Below are positions 29,930 to 40,159 of a stretch of 64,000 bases of DNA, piece after piece. The DNA comes from Candidatus Latescibacterota bacterium (lineage in GTDB: Bacteria; Latescibacterota; UBA2968; GCA-2709665): NCBI GenBank assembly GCA_965219995.1, contig CBDCOX010000002.1, forward strand, positions 2,272,001 through 2,336,000, read 5' to 3'. The stretch's first letter is position 1. Each line of letters starts with the position of its first letter. A program made the position numbers and the translations under genes. Below the pieces are notes generated by a model that was not told the origin of the DNA, did no database searches, and was given only the letters and a program-made list of their open reading frames with translations.

Positions 29930-30574
29930 CTACTTTCCCTCAATTTCCGGATCCCTGCAGCGCCAAGAATTGCATATGCGAAATCCATCATGAAGATGCA
30001 ATTCCATTTCCGACAATACCGCCGGGAAGATTTTCTCAAGGACAAAGGAACCAACACCCAGAGACAGATTCGCCTGTTCGGGAGACACCTTTTCGGCTCG
30101 ATGCATTACGCTGTTTCGAATTTTCTGCACTTCGTTGATTTCCTGCCAAAGTGTACTATTCGACTCTGGCCTTTTAAAGTCCGTCAGATCCACTTTTCCA
30201 TGCTCCTTGAGAATCCAAACTATCAGGTCTCGAAATCTCACGACGCCAGTTTGAGACAATATCATCTCTGCGATTAACTCGGCAATGGAGCTGGTATGAA
30301 CAAGACCGCATACAATTGGTTTCAGCAACGTTGACTTCAGTCCCACCTCAATTGCAATTGCAGAAAACAAGAAACCGGCTGTCACGTTAGCGGCCATGAG
30401 GTTGCGACCTTCGGACAGAGATTCTACAGCAGGTTTTGCCAGAAACGGGTTGTCCACGTAAAATGACTTAAGCCGTGCGGCGGTAAACTCCTCGATGGCT
30501 TGTTCTTTGAACTCCTCATAGAAGTCTTCGAACATCTCGTCCTGCTTATATTCGTCGTAATGCTCGTCGTACAT
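29930..30574 (-). CDS. HEPN-like domain protein
   Basis: AIAIEVGLK helix and RNSVMH (Rx4H) motif; AGGAG RBS. Confidence 0.6.
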   Translation of the reverse strand: MYDEHYDEYKQDEMFEDFYEEFKEQAIEEFTAARLKSFYVDNPFLAKPAVESLSEGRNLMAANVTAGFLFSAIAIEVGLKSTLLKPIVCGLVHTSSIAELIAEMILSQTGVVRFRDLIVWILKEHGKVDLTDFKRPESNSTLWQEINEVQKIRNSVMHRAEKVSPEQANLSLGVGSFVLEKIFPAVLSEMELHLHDGFRICNSWRCRDPEIEGK

Positions 30575-30658
30575 GATGTAACTCCTGTCGTATCGAATAT
30601 GGCGTCCCGCAAGTGCCGGTGGATTCGGTTAACCCGCGGCTATCCGAGCGCCCAAGCA

Positions 30659-32587
30659 GTGCTCAACGCCTTTCGGCATCAAAGACTTCTGCGCGGAATC
30701 CGTAATCGTCTGGGGTCCCCCGGATCAGATGTGCTCAACGCCTTTCGGCATCAAAGATTTCTGCGCAAATCGCTGGCATTCAGCGTTTTGTGATTCTGGA
30801 TAGGTGCTCAACGCCTTTCGGCATCAAAGATTTCTGCGCGATCGCTCACCGGCGCCGCCCTGCGTCAATTCAATTCGGTGCTCAACGCCTTTCGGCATCA
30901 AAGATTTCTGCGCTGACACGTTGCGCGTATCGTCAAGGGGTGGAATCGAGTGCTCAACGCCTTTCGGCATCAAAGATTTCTGCGCAATTAATACGGCATT
31001 ATCCAATAAGTATTGAGAAAGTGCTCAACGCCTTTCGGCATCAAAGATTTCTGCGCCGGGCCACGGGCGTCATGCCCAATTCCGACAAACATTTGTGCTC
31101 AACGCCTTTCGGCATCAAAGATTTCTGCGCGAACGCCTCCGACTACCTGCCGGACGGATGGACATAGTGCTCAACGCCTTTCGGCATCAAAGATTTCTGC
31201 GCTCTACAGGGATAACGTCAGTCACCAGGCACTTGTCGTGCTCAACGCCTTTCGGCATCAAAGATTTCTGCGCGAACGCCTCCGACTACCTGCCGGACGG
31301 ATGGACATAGTGCTCAACGCCTTTCGGCATCAAAGATTTCTGCGCTCTACAGGGATAACGTCAGTCACCAGGCACTTGTCGTGCTCAACGCCTTTCGGCA
31401 TCAAAGATTTCTGCGCGCACCGAACCCGGCGAACTCGTCGAGTGGGTTATGGAGTGCTCAACGCCTTTCGGCATCAAAGATTTCTGCGCTTGAGAACCCA
31501 GTGATGCACAAATACGCCATCAAAATGTGCTCAACGCCTTTCGGCATCAAAGATTTCTGCGCCGCCAACCTGATCCTTGGCAACAACCGCGCCGTCATGT
31601 GCTCAACGCCTTTCGGCATCAAAGATTTCTGCGCATCCGGTTGCCAATAACCCCACCGCCGTCAGAATCGCACGTGCTCAACGCCTTTCGGCATCAAAGA
31701 TTTCTGCGCTTTGGCAGTGCCTTCCGCGTTTGTGACTTTCCTGATAGGTGCTCAACGCCTTTCGGCATCAAAGATTTCTGCGCTCGAGATACTCCAATTC
31801 TTCAGCGTTCAGACCTTCAGGTGCTCAACGCCTTTCGGCATCAAAGATTTCTGCGCGTATAAACAAGCGCCGGGTAGGCGTTGGACGTTCACGAGGTGCT
31901 CAACGCCTTTCGGCATCAAAGATTTCTGCGCTCCCCGGAATTCTGCATCTTCCTTTGATACTTCTAAGTGCTCAACGCCTTTCGGCATCAAAGATTTCTG
32001 CGCACGCGATAGAACTGTCACACCCTTCCGTCGCATCGAAGTGCTCAACGCCTTTCGGCATCAAAGATTTCTGCGCCGGGGCTATAAGGGGCTTATATGG
32101 CGTTTCCTGTGTCGTGCTCAACGCCTTTCGGCATCAAAGATTTCTGCGCTGGATACCATGACAACAGACCACACGTGAAGATTCCAGTGCTCAACGCCTT
32201 TCGGCATCAAAGATTTCTGCGCTCGTCAAGACTTGTGACCTTGACAGTAGGTTTAACGCGTGCTCAACGCCTTTCGGCATCAAAGATTTCTGCGCCCCAG
32301 GACGTTCCCATCCGCGATTTCCAGGTCCATATAGTGCTCAACGCCTTTCGGCATCAAAGATTTCTGCGCGCCGCCTCTCGGGGCTGCCCGGTCGGGTGCT
32401 GGTTCTGGTGCTCAACGCCTTTCGGCATCAAAGATTTCTGCGCCGACGGGGAAGACGTCGCGGATTGCCATTTCTGCCGGTGCTCAACGCCTTTCGGCAT
32501 CAAAGATTTCTGCGCGACGGCGCGGCGGCGGTACGACGGTTTCAGCTTGAAGTGCTCAACGCCTTTCGGCATCAAAGATTTCTGCGC
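30659..32587 (-). CRISPR. CRISPR array: 27 repeats of 36 bp, 26 spacers (35-39 bp)
   Basis: Repeat (+) GTGCTCAACGCCTTTCGGCATCAAAGATTTCTGCGC; variant repeat at 30659 marks the trailer; leader lies on the cas2 side. Confidence 0.99.
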
Positions 32588-32838
32588 AGTATCCGTGTAA
32601 CTGATTGTTTTTGAGGGACAAATTCGCCGACATGTCCTGCACTACACTGTATATGTCCTGCGTTCCGATAGCGTTACACCTCCCTGCAAAGTAAATTGTG
32701 ATATTTCCGGTACTTACAAGCCGCAAGTATCTCATCGGAGAGTTTTCCTGCCTAACACACTGAAAATACGGGTCATACCAGGGATACTCGCGATTGGCTT
32801 CTTGTCCATCCGTACATGCTTGTCATCGAGTATGCCCA
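32588..32838 (-). promoter_or_regulatory. CRISPR leader
   Basis: Non-coding, AT-richer, between cas2 and the first repeat; imperfect inverted repeat 32722-32733 / 32781-32792. Confidence 0.8.
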
Positions 32839-33123
32839 CTAAAGGATATCGAACCGGGGCGGCGGCTCCGTCCACGATCTGCTTTCGGTCCGCTCGACAA
32901 TCTTGCACCGGGGGGAGAGTCGAATCACGAGCAGGTCGTCGTCTTCGCCCATCACCATCTCCAACTCATGTCTCGCCTGTTCCATCTGCGCCCGCGTCAA
33001 GTGACATCGATATACGGAATACTGCAACCGTTCCCCGTAACCGTTTACAATCTTGTGCACCCGACGCCACCGTTTGGGGTCGCGGATATCGTAACTGAAA
33101 AGATACCAGTGTCGTTCGCTCAT
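32839..33123 (-). CDS. cas2: Cas2
   Basis: YLFSYDIRDPKRWRRV..GYGERLQYSVY. Confidence 0.95.
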   Translation of the reverse strand: MSERHWYLFSYDIRDPKRWRRVHKIVNGYGERLQYSVYRCHLTRAQMEQARHELEMVMGEDDDLLVIRLSPRCKIVERTESRSWTEPPPRFDIL

Positions 33124-34772
33124 CCGCGCAGGCGCATACGGGCAAAAAGCCCTTCCTCGCCACTCCATTCCTTTTCCAGCAGGCGCGCCTCCAGTTCGAT
33201 CGCCCGCGCATAGCTCAGGGAATACCTCAACACCGGGTGTTTCCAGGATTCCTGCTTTCGCTGCTCGAAGAGGCGTACGGCCAGTCGTTTGCCCTCACTG
33301 GAAAGCCATACCTGTTTCTTGCTCACCGCGAGATGTTCCCCGGTCCATTGCCGCCTGTTGACGGACGCCACCAGAGGCATATCCCACAGCGTCGTGCGAA
33401 ACAACTCCATTACATCCAGCGCCAGTGGATGGGCGGCGGTGCGCGGCGCGTGAAAAAACCCGATGGTGGAATCCAGCCCCACCGCAATGATCGCGGCCAT
33501 CACCTCGCGGTACAACAAACTGTAACCGAAAGAAAGGGCCGCGTTGAAGCCGTCGAGCGGCGGACGACGACTGCGGCCAAAGAACGCCATCTGTTTTTCC
33601 TCTGGATCCAGCAATTGTGCAACGGCGGAAAAGTAATTGCGAGCCGCGATGCCCTCGCATCCTCGCAATGTGTCCGCTTCCGCGCAATCACCCAAGTCCC
33701 GAAGCTCGTTGCGCATGGCGTTTAGAAACGGCAGTACCTTTTCCCGTGCATTGCGAGTGCGCGACAGGCGGTTGACGAAGCGCAATTGGTTTTCGATTTT
33801 TGCCGCCGCCAGGCGACGGGCCAGACGCAGCCGCAGTTCGCCGTTCTGCAAAGCCTTGTATTGACGCAGACGGCGCTGTGCGCCGGCAGGCGGCGCGACG
33901 CCGCCGACGTACCAACCGCCGCCGCTGACCCAATGCACGGCAATGTCGTTGGCGGCGGCGAAGTGAATGGCCTGAGAGGTAATCTGTGCGCTGCCGTGCA
34001 GAATGACCGCTCCGACGTCCATCCCGGGAAACTTCCTCTCCTCTCCCGTAGAGTTGCGTACGGCAAGTTGCATACCGGCACGTCCGACCCGCGCATCACG
34101 ATCCACCACGTGCAGGACGCGGCGTGTGTCGTCTTTCGGAAAGAGCCGTCGCGGCTTGGAGAGACTTGCGGTATCGTCGGACGTGTCAACAGCGGCGGCA
34201 AGGCGTGATTCCTCTGGCAGGCACACCGGCGCGAGCGAACACTTGGCGCACAGGTTCTCGTTGTCCGTCACCGGCGGGCGTTCCAGAGAATGCGACAGTT
34301 CCCGCGCACGTGCCACGGCGTGCTGCAATTGTTCCAGGGCTGTATCGTCCACAGCCACGCGCACCGTCTTGTTGTTCGCGTGATAGCGTATGCGTCCTTC
34401 GGGAACCGGCCTGCCAAAGTGCTCGGAAAGGAGTACGGCGTAGGCAGTGACCTGGATTTTGTCGCTACCCCATGCGTCGTCCCCCTTGGAACGGCCCTTC
34501 TTGTGTTCAATGGCGACGAGTCGTCCGTCCCGGTAGCGAGCGAAATCCACTTTGCCGCGGATACCCCATTTCTCACTGGCGAGTTCCAGGCTCTGCCATT
34601 CGCGATTCTTATCTACTTCGGAATCATGCAGGGTTCGCCCGGCATGGACGCGGTGATCGGCAACTCGGATTTCTTCAATCTCTTCCAAATAGAAAAGTCG
34701 CTCGCAGTAAGCGAGCGCATGCAACGCCATGACGCGGATGATAGGGTTGGCCTTGTCCATCGCTTCCTCCAT
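33120..34772 (-). CDS. cas1: Cas4-Cas1 fusion
   Basis: N-terminal Cas4 (YCERL, EHKKG, C..CSL..VC); C-terminal Cas1 (LRGCEG.AAR.YF, RRPPLD, NAALSFGY, LALDVME.FR). Confidence 0.95.
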   Translation of the reverse strand: MEEAMDKANPIIRVMALHALAYCERLFYLEEIEEIRVADHRVHAGRTLHDSEVDKNREWQSLELASEKWGIRGKVDFARYRDGRLVAIEHKKGRSKGDDAWGSDKIQVTAYAVLLSEHFGRPVPEGRIRYHANNKTVRVAVDDTALEQLQHAVARARELSHSLERPPVTDNENLCAKCSLAPVCLPEESRLAAAVDTSDDTASLSKPRRLFPKDDTRRVLHVVDRDARVGRAGMQLAVRNSTGEERKFPGMDVGAVILHGSAQITSQAIHFAAANDIAVHWVSGGGWYVGGVAPPAGAQRRLRQYKALQNGELRLRLARRLAAAKIENQLRFVNRLSRTRNAREKVLPFLNAMRNELRDLGDCAEADTLRGCEGIAARNYFSAVAQLLDPEEKQMAFFGRSRRPPLDGFNAALSFGYSLLYREVMAAIIAVGLDSTIGFFHAPRTAAHPLALDVMELFRTTLWDMPLVASVNRRQWTGEHLAVSKKQVWLSSEGKRLAVRLFEQRKQESWKHPVLRYSLSYARAIELEARLLEKEWSGEEGLFARMRLRG

Positions 34773-34805
34773 CTTTTCTGCCTTACCCTCTTACTGCTTG
34801 CCTGA

Positions 34806-35465
34806 TTAAGGTGGCACGATTTGGGGGAGTTGCATTCTATCGGGAGAGGTAAGGGATACAGTCTTCAGATCTCCCGTCACATAACGAGTTCCTTCAGACC
34901 CGACATGGTCTACCCAAACGGGCAGCGTAAGCCGGCCTCGCTCTGAGCAGACGAAAATCGCGCCTGTCTTTCCTGCGCTTCCAGGAAAGAGCTTTACTTC
35001 GTCAACAAGGTGCGTACTCTCACCAAGAGAAAGTCCTCCAAACCGTACAAGCAACTCTGGATGAGTTAATGCGTTCTCGACCCTCTGTTCCAATGAGGAT
35101 CCTGCCAATTCTTCGCCTGATGAGTTCAACCACAGAACGAGTTGCACACCAGTGAGGAGTTCCTGTTGAGCAGGTGTCCGATTATTGCCGTCTCCCATGT
35201 ACTGCGGTCTTTTGTCAGCACCCTTGCCTTGTGTATGGCTCTTCGTCCTCCATACGGTTCGGAGAATGGTGCTTCTTGCTGGACTTCCAATCAAGACGGG
35301 AGCAATTCGGCAACCGATGTGCCTATAGCGATCTGTCTCGCCCACCAGAGAGAGGAGAAATCCATAACACGTTGAGGGAGGTGGCAACGGCTCTGTCTCC
35401 AGATATTCGCGGGCTAAGCCCTTGCGAAAACATGCAACTGGAACTGTGACATAGACCCCAATCAT
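34806..35465 (-). CDS. cas5: Cas5 (MYXAN subtype, DevS-like)
   Basis: VPVACFRKGLAREYLETEPLPPPSTCYGFLLSLVG; GGLSLGESTHLV. Confidence 0.92.
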   Translation of the reverse strand: MIGVYVTVPVACFRKGLAREYLETEPLPPPSTCYGFLLSLVGETDRYRHIGCRIAPVLIGSPARSTILRTVWRTKSHTQGKGADKRPQYMGDGNNRTPAQQELLTGVQLVLWLNSSGEELAGSSLEQRVENALTHPELLVRFGGLSLGESTHLVDEVKLFPGSAGKTGAIFVCSERGRLTLPVWVDHVGSEGTRYVTGDLKTVSLTSPDRMQLPQIVPP

Positions 35466-35469
35466 GCTC

Positions 35470-36357
35470 TTAGCTCCCGAGTCTAGCAATTACGTCCTTC
35501 GCAGCATTACGCACTCCCTGAAAGACGGCTGCCCCCATTTTTTTCAGTTCGTTCGCAATCTCAGTCGTTGCGAAGTTGCCACCTATGACGAGTTCCGAGG
35601 CATCTATATCCTCAGCTTCGACGCGGGCCTGCAAGGCGGGAGCGTCGATTGTCTGGCCGTTTTGTTCAAAGATGTAGAGAATACGTGGGGCGGGATCATT
35701 GGTTAAGCGGAAAATGACGCTCTCCGGCGAAAAATCAAAGAGAAAGCGGCCATGATTTCCGGCGACCTCAGCAAGTTCACATAGGGCGGTAATGGCAGCC
35801 TTTGCCCGGTCTTTCTTGCGGAGTCGTTCGGGCGTAAGTGCAATCCCGTACTGATAGCGGGTTGCGTGAAGTTCGGTACCATAAGGAACTGGATTGTTCC
35901 CTTTCTTTGCAGCGCTTGGGGTTGCCCCAGGGCTGGCAGCATTAAACGTTACGTCACCTGCCCACGGCGATAAAGAAATCGCTCGCGTCACTTCAAGGAC
36001 AGTACGCCGGACGTTCGCACTACCCGCCTTTCCTTCTTCCTTTGCTGCTTCAGCAGTCATGTAGCCCAGTAGGTCATCATCAATAAAGGTCACGCCATTC
36101 GCTTTTTTCCAACCATTGAATTGATGATCTTGCCAAGTGTTTGTCCGTTGATCCTCATTCCAGCATCTGTTCGTCTTCTCGGCATCCGCCAAGCGTCGGC
36201 GAAGAGCGAAACGAACTGCTTCTGCACTCACTGTCGTATGGACCTGTCCTTGCCAGAGCAACTTCTGAAGGGTAGTAATGTTGCCATCACTTTCTCCACG
36301 GTTGTTCGCAGCAGTTCCGTGATGGGTGACAATGGCGGCGAAAAGATGTTGACTCAT
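35470..36357 (-). CDS. cas7: Cas7 (Cst2/DevR-like)
   Basis: AANNRGE..GN.TTLQK, VSAEAVRFALR, DDDLLGYM, ELHATRYQY, VAGNHGRFLFDFSP. Confidence 0.92.
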   Translation of the reverse strand: MSQHLFAAIVTHHGTAANNRGESDGNITTLQKLLWQGQVHTTVSAEAVRFALRRRLADAEKTNRCWNEDQRTNTWQDHQFNGWKKANGVTFIDDDLLGYMTAEAAKEEGKAGSANVRRTVLEVTRAISLSPWAGDVTFNAASPGATPSAAKKGNNPVPYGTELHATRYQYGIALTPERLRKKDRAKAAITALCELAEVAGNHGRFLFDFSPESVIFRLTNDPAPRILYIFEQNGQTIDAPALQARVEAEDIDASELVIGGNFATTEIANELKKMGAAVFQGVRNAAKDVIARLGS

Positions 36358-36359
36358 CG

Positions 36360-36752
36360 TCAATCCTCCGTTTCTACAGCTTGTGTTAGATCAATGTTCT
36401 CCTGCTCTTTCCCTTGATAACTTGCGAGAGCAATTAAGGCTAAATCCCGCGTGAGTTGCCACTTCTCATTGCCCAGCAGAGGCAATACACGCGGCCATGC
36501 TTGGCGAAGCGCACTATTGGAACCAGCCCGACTCCATAGATCGGCAAGCGCATGTCTAAGGGCATTGGCAGTCTTGGCCCCGACGAAAGCAAGGCGTTGT
36601 CGCTCATACTCGCGAGTCATACGGTTTTTCATTGCTGCTTGATTGCGGGCATTCTCGGCTGCAATACGTCCGTACCGGCGTCGCATTGCCTCATGCACAG
36701 CTCGGACGATTATTTCTTCTCCAGGGTGGTCCCACTGAATTTCTTCGGTCAT
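36360..36752 (-). CDS. cas11: Internally translated small subunit Cas11 (in frame within cas8)
   Basis: AAAGGAGG RBS 10 nt before the in-frame ATG of MTEEIQW; 130-aa helical product. Confidence 0.7.
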   Translation of the reverse strand: MTEEIQWDHPGEEIIVRAVHEAMRRRYGRIAAENARNQAAMKNRMTREYERQRLAFVGAKTANALRHALADLWSRAGSNSALRQAWPRVLPLLGNEKWQLTRDLALIALASYQGKEQENIDLTQAVETED

Positions 36753-37946
36753 GGTATATAGTCCTCCTTTCTCGAACTTCAGGAAGTCTCGAATAGGCTT
36801 AGGTTTCTTCATTGTTTGGTCTTTAGCCGTCATGAGCCGACTGAATCCGGCATACCAACGGCGGCCCGAGGTAAGATTTTCGGCGATAAACGGCCGGGTG
36901 TAGCTTTTAGGCCAGAAGTATTCGCCTTTCTTATTCTTGCGTGGTGAAGGGGGAGTGAGGCCGGCCATAGCAACCTCAAATTGGTCTAGTGCAGTATCCG
37001 TTGTGTCAATGCTAACTTCAGTTACTGCGGAGGGGGGTTGAAGGCGTGAATTCCAATCAGTCGGACAACACCAGACACAACGGAGACCGGAAAGCGTCTC
37101 GTGGTCAAGGAGATTCCTACTCCGTAGTCGAATTTCCGCTTGAAGCGCGGCATCGGCAACATTGGCGATTTGGCAGTCTCGTACGTTCCTAGGGATTATG
37201 GTCGGCAAAAAATATTCCGCTTTTGAGAGCGTATTTAGGTCGGGAATCAGCAAAGCCGCGCCGGATTTGAACTTCCGGTTTCCGCGATCGTTGACCTTTT
37301 TTCCTCCAGCCTTCAAGGCCATTGTCCCGACAGGGGCAAACAGAAGTGGAAGGGCAAGTTCCGCGCTCTGCGTCGCCTGACTTGCAGGATGGGCGGCGTG
37401 TCGCTGGATTGCTCCTGGAAAGAGTGCGCTCGTCAGTCCGATCTGTTCCGTCAGACTGTCAACCATAAGCGCACTTCCATCTTTACCCTTACCACGACCT
37501 TGGGTGTTCTGATGTTTGTACCACGATAGTGGCAAATACCTGTAAGAGACAGGCTTATCGTCAACCTTATAGGTGCTCTCAATTGCGGTCTCGCTCCCTC
37601 TTGAGGTGGGTCCGTGGGCGTAGAAGCTCAATAACAACCCTTCGTGCAAGGCCGCGCGTACTTCGAGTGGAGGAGGAAGTTCTCCATACTGTCCTGGTAG
37701 ATGGATGAGCCCCTCTTGGATCTGAAAGGCAAGGTTGAACAGCCGATCAAAGAATGGCTTTGCTCTCTCATCGTCTTCCCAAGACAAAATTACCGAGCGT
37801 TCATCGAAAATCCACTGACCAAGTGGGCGTTCCGCCTCTGGAAGATTCTTGTCGATCCAATGTAACGTACTGACCAATCCCCCTAGTCCGGCTCTGTGGA
37901 GAGGGGTCATACCTGGTGCGAAAAGATCACATGTCAACGATTCCAT
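36360..37946 (-). CDS. cas8: Cas8 large subunit (Cmx8/MYXAN type)
   Basis: APGMTPLHRAGLGGL; position between cas3 and cas7; C-terminal DLALIALASY. Confidence 0.88.
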   Translation of the reverse strand: MESLTCDLFAPGMTPLHRAGLGGLVSTLHWIDKNLPEAERPLGQWIFDERSVILSWEDDERAKPFFDRLFNLAFQIQEGLIHLPGQYGELPPPLEVRAALHEGLLLSFYAHGPTSRGSETAIESTYKVDDKPVSYRYLPLSWYKHQNTQGRGKGKDGSALMVDSLTEQIGLTSALFPGAIQRHAAHPASQATQSAELALPLLFAPVGTMALKAGGKKVNDRGNRKFKSGAALLIPDLNTLSKAEYFLPTIIPRNVRDCQIANVADAALQAEIRLRSRNLLDHETLSGLRCVWCCPTDWNSRLQPPSAVTEVSIDTTDTALDQFEVAMAGLTPPSPRKNKKGEYFWPKSYTRPFIAENLTSGRRWYAGFSRLMTAKDQTMKKPKPIRDFLKFEKGGLYTMTEEIQWDHPGEEIIVRAVHEAMRRRYGRIAAENARNQAAMKNRMTREYERQRLAFVGAKTANALRHALADLWSRAGSNSALRQAWPRVLPLLGNEKWQLTRDLALIALASYQGKEQENIDLTQAVETED

Positions 37947-40159
37947 CTGGCTCCTCTCTCCGGGTGGTAGTTAATATGTTTGGAAGGGGGCACTTTGGCG
38001 AACGCCACTTGAGGCCATTCTTTCCAGTCAAGACCTCTCGGTATGGTCATCGGAATACGGCCCCGGACAGGGTCCATTTCTCCACGCTCCACAGCGATCG
38101 CGTCTTCTTCAAGTAGGATGGTCAGCCCTAGGGTGCTTTCTCTGAGGTGACGCGGCATTGTTTCAAATCCTCCGTCTATCCAAGCACATTCCAGTGGTTT
38201 TCGCTTTCTCCCCACATCTAACGCGCTCCACGTCTGCGCTAGATCGCATTGAGAGATTGACCGCATTCCGAGGCGTTCCAGCCATAGACGTGCGGCGGCA
38301 AAGGGGTCCGGTTCCTCTTGACTTTTGTAAGGGGCAGCAGTGTCAGGTTCGGTTATGAGGAAGGGTTTAGGAGTCTTCGGATTCTTTGGCGTTGACCGTC
38401 GATTGAGACGGCCTAAACGCTGTATGAGAGATGAAACCGGGGCTAAGTCCGTCACCAATAGATCGGCCGAGATGTCTAGACTCATTTCTGCTACTTGTGT
38501 GGCAATTGCAAGAACGGCACCTCTTTGGCCAAAAGCGGAAATAATCCGGCCATGCTGCTGGACGCGGTCTTCGTATCGAAAGCGGCTATGATATACAAGT
38601 GGTTGAAAACCTCGCTCGGAAGCCTCGTCCGCAAGGCTGAGAGCGCGGCCCACCGTGTTAGCAATCCATAGGATTTTCTGGTTGTCCTTGTAGCTCTGTT
38701 CTACGACACCCCACGGTTCATCACTTAACGCTCTTAGGTAGCGAGGGAGAGCTTCTAAGTCCGTCGGACCAGAAATGGTCTCCAGTGATTCTTCAATTGA
38801 GGATAACGCCTTTTTGAGGGCATCAAGCCGCGATAGTGGTAGACTTGCTGTCATTAGCAGACATGGCACGCCGCGAAAGTTCAATAGGAAACGGAGTAGG
38901 CTGGAGAATAAGCGCTCATCATACGCATGAATTTCGTCGAAAACGAACGCCGCATCGACGAACGCCGGCCAAGCATACAGTCCTCTCCGTTGATTCTGAG
39001 TCAATCCGAGTACAGTATCTACCGTGCAGCTAGTTATGGAGGTAGACCATGCCTCAAGCGCCGCAAGGGGATTAACCTGCTCTCTATCATCATCTACTCC
39101 AAGCAGTTCCAAGTCCACAGCAGCACGGCTGTGAACGAGTTGAGTGTTCAATGTTGGATCAGTCAAATAGTCGCGAAAACCCTCCGTGGCTGTTCCCGTT
39201 GTCGGGTATGAAAAGTAAAGACGTCTTCCGGGTGCTCTTTGGGCCGCCCAGACATACGCCCCGAGAGTTTTTCCGCTCCCGCACCCGGCTTGAGCAAGGA
39301 CAACACGTGTTGTTGTCTTTCCAAGTGCTTCTTGGAAGGGTCGGAGAGGCATTCCTTGCAATCGTTCATCAACAATTCTACGGAGTTGGCCTGATGTGGG
39401 CTTTTGGCCCAAGACTCTCCGTATCCAGCAAGAAATCCTCTCCCCCTCTTTCGGTAACGCTGATCCAGCGACATCTGCCGCAATGAGACATGCTTTCATA
39501 GCGGCAAGGAAGCGGCGGTTATCGTTATCGCAAGAAGCCCAGAATGCGGCGGCTCTTCTTCTCGCCTGTCTCAAGAGTTGATGGGGAGAGGTTGGTCCGA
39601 CAAGCTGCCAAGTAAGATTCGTCAAAGTTGGCGGAACATCGAGGCTAAGCCACTTCGCCCCAACGGAGAGACTGCGCTGGAAGTCGGCATGTTCGAGAAG
39701 AAGTGATATTCGGATTCCCGTTCCTGCGGCTGGTTCGTCAGGCGGGAACTTCCGATGGTGGCCGGCAACGGCCCAGAGCAAGAATGACAGGTCTTCAGGT
39801 TCCGTAAGACCTTTCGACAGCCATTCCTTCAGCGGTGTTTCCTGAATAATGAGAAACGAGAGAGCTTCATGACGAATCGCCTGTTTCTGCCTTCTATTCT
39901 TCCTCACCATGTTCTGAAACTGGTCGTTCGCCTTACCCAAGTCATGACAGAAAGCGGCCAAGAGAACGGCTCGACAAAAGCGTTCCTTCCATATCGCTCT
40001 GGGTAAACCAATGGCAGACAATTGAGTATCAGCGGTTTCATCTAACAGAGCCTGTGCCGAAGCTAAAACATTCCCTGTATGGCCGGATAAAGCTTCGGCC
40101 CAGCGTGGTGCATCTGGAGTTTGACTGCTCTTCGCCAGCAGTCTCTTAAAAGTCGTCAT
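37934..40159 (-). CDS. cas3: Cas3 (HD nuclease + SF2 helicase)
   Basis: CHDLGK, GHH, GCGSGKT, DEIH, ATQVAEMSLD, QRLGRLNR. Confidence 0.96.
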   Translation of the reverse strand: MTTFKRLLAKSSQTPDAPRWAEALSGHTGNVLASAQALLDETADTQLSAIGLPRAIWKERFCRAVLLAAFCHDLGKANDQFQNMVRKNRRQKQAIRHEALSFLIIQETPLKEWLSKGLTEPEDLSFLLWAVAGHHRKFPPDEPAAGTGIRISLLLEHADFQRSLSVGAKWLSLDVPPTLTNLTWQLVGPTSPHQLLRQARRRAAAFWASCDNDNRRFLAAMKACLIAADVAGSALPKEGERISCWIRRVLGQKPTSGQLRRIVDERLQGMPLRPFQEALGKTTTRVVLAQAGCGSGKTLGAYVWAAQRAPGRRLYFSYPTTGTATEGFRDYLTDPTLNTQLVHSRAAVDLELLGVDDDREQVNPLAALEAWSTSITSCTVDTVLGLTQNQRRGLYAWPAFVDAAFVFDEIHAYDERLFSSLLRFLLNFRGVPCLLMTASLPLSRLDALKKALSSIEESLETISGPTDLEALPRYLRALSDEPWGVVEQSYKDNQKILWIANTVGRALSLADEASERGFQPLVYHSRFRYEDRVQQHGRIISAFGQRGAVLAIATQVAEMSLDISADLLVTDLAPVSSLIQRLGRLNRRSTPKNPKTPKPFLITEPDTAAPYKSQEEPDPFAAARLWLERLGMRSISQCDLAQTWSALDVGRKRKPLECAWIDGGFETMPRHLRESTLGLTILLEEDAIAVERGEMDPVRGRIPMTIPRGLDWKEWPQVAFAKVPPSKHINYHPERGARWNR

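Noticed and set aside
23321-30574. Co-oriented unrelated genes resembling an integron cassette array
   Set aside because: No attC-like RYYYAAC...GTTRRRY sites or integrase seen in the intergenic segments
30695-32551. Self-targeting spacers
   Set aside because: No match to this window noticed by eye; a BLASTN is needed to exclude it properly
30500-32614. Many ORFs with repeated VLNAFRHQRFLR / CSTPFGIKDFCA
   Set aside because: Translations of CRISPR repeats, not genes
33120-34772. Cas4-Cas1 fusion as a novelty
   Set aside because: Already known for MYXAN-type I-B and I-G systems
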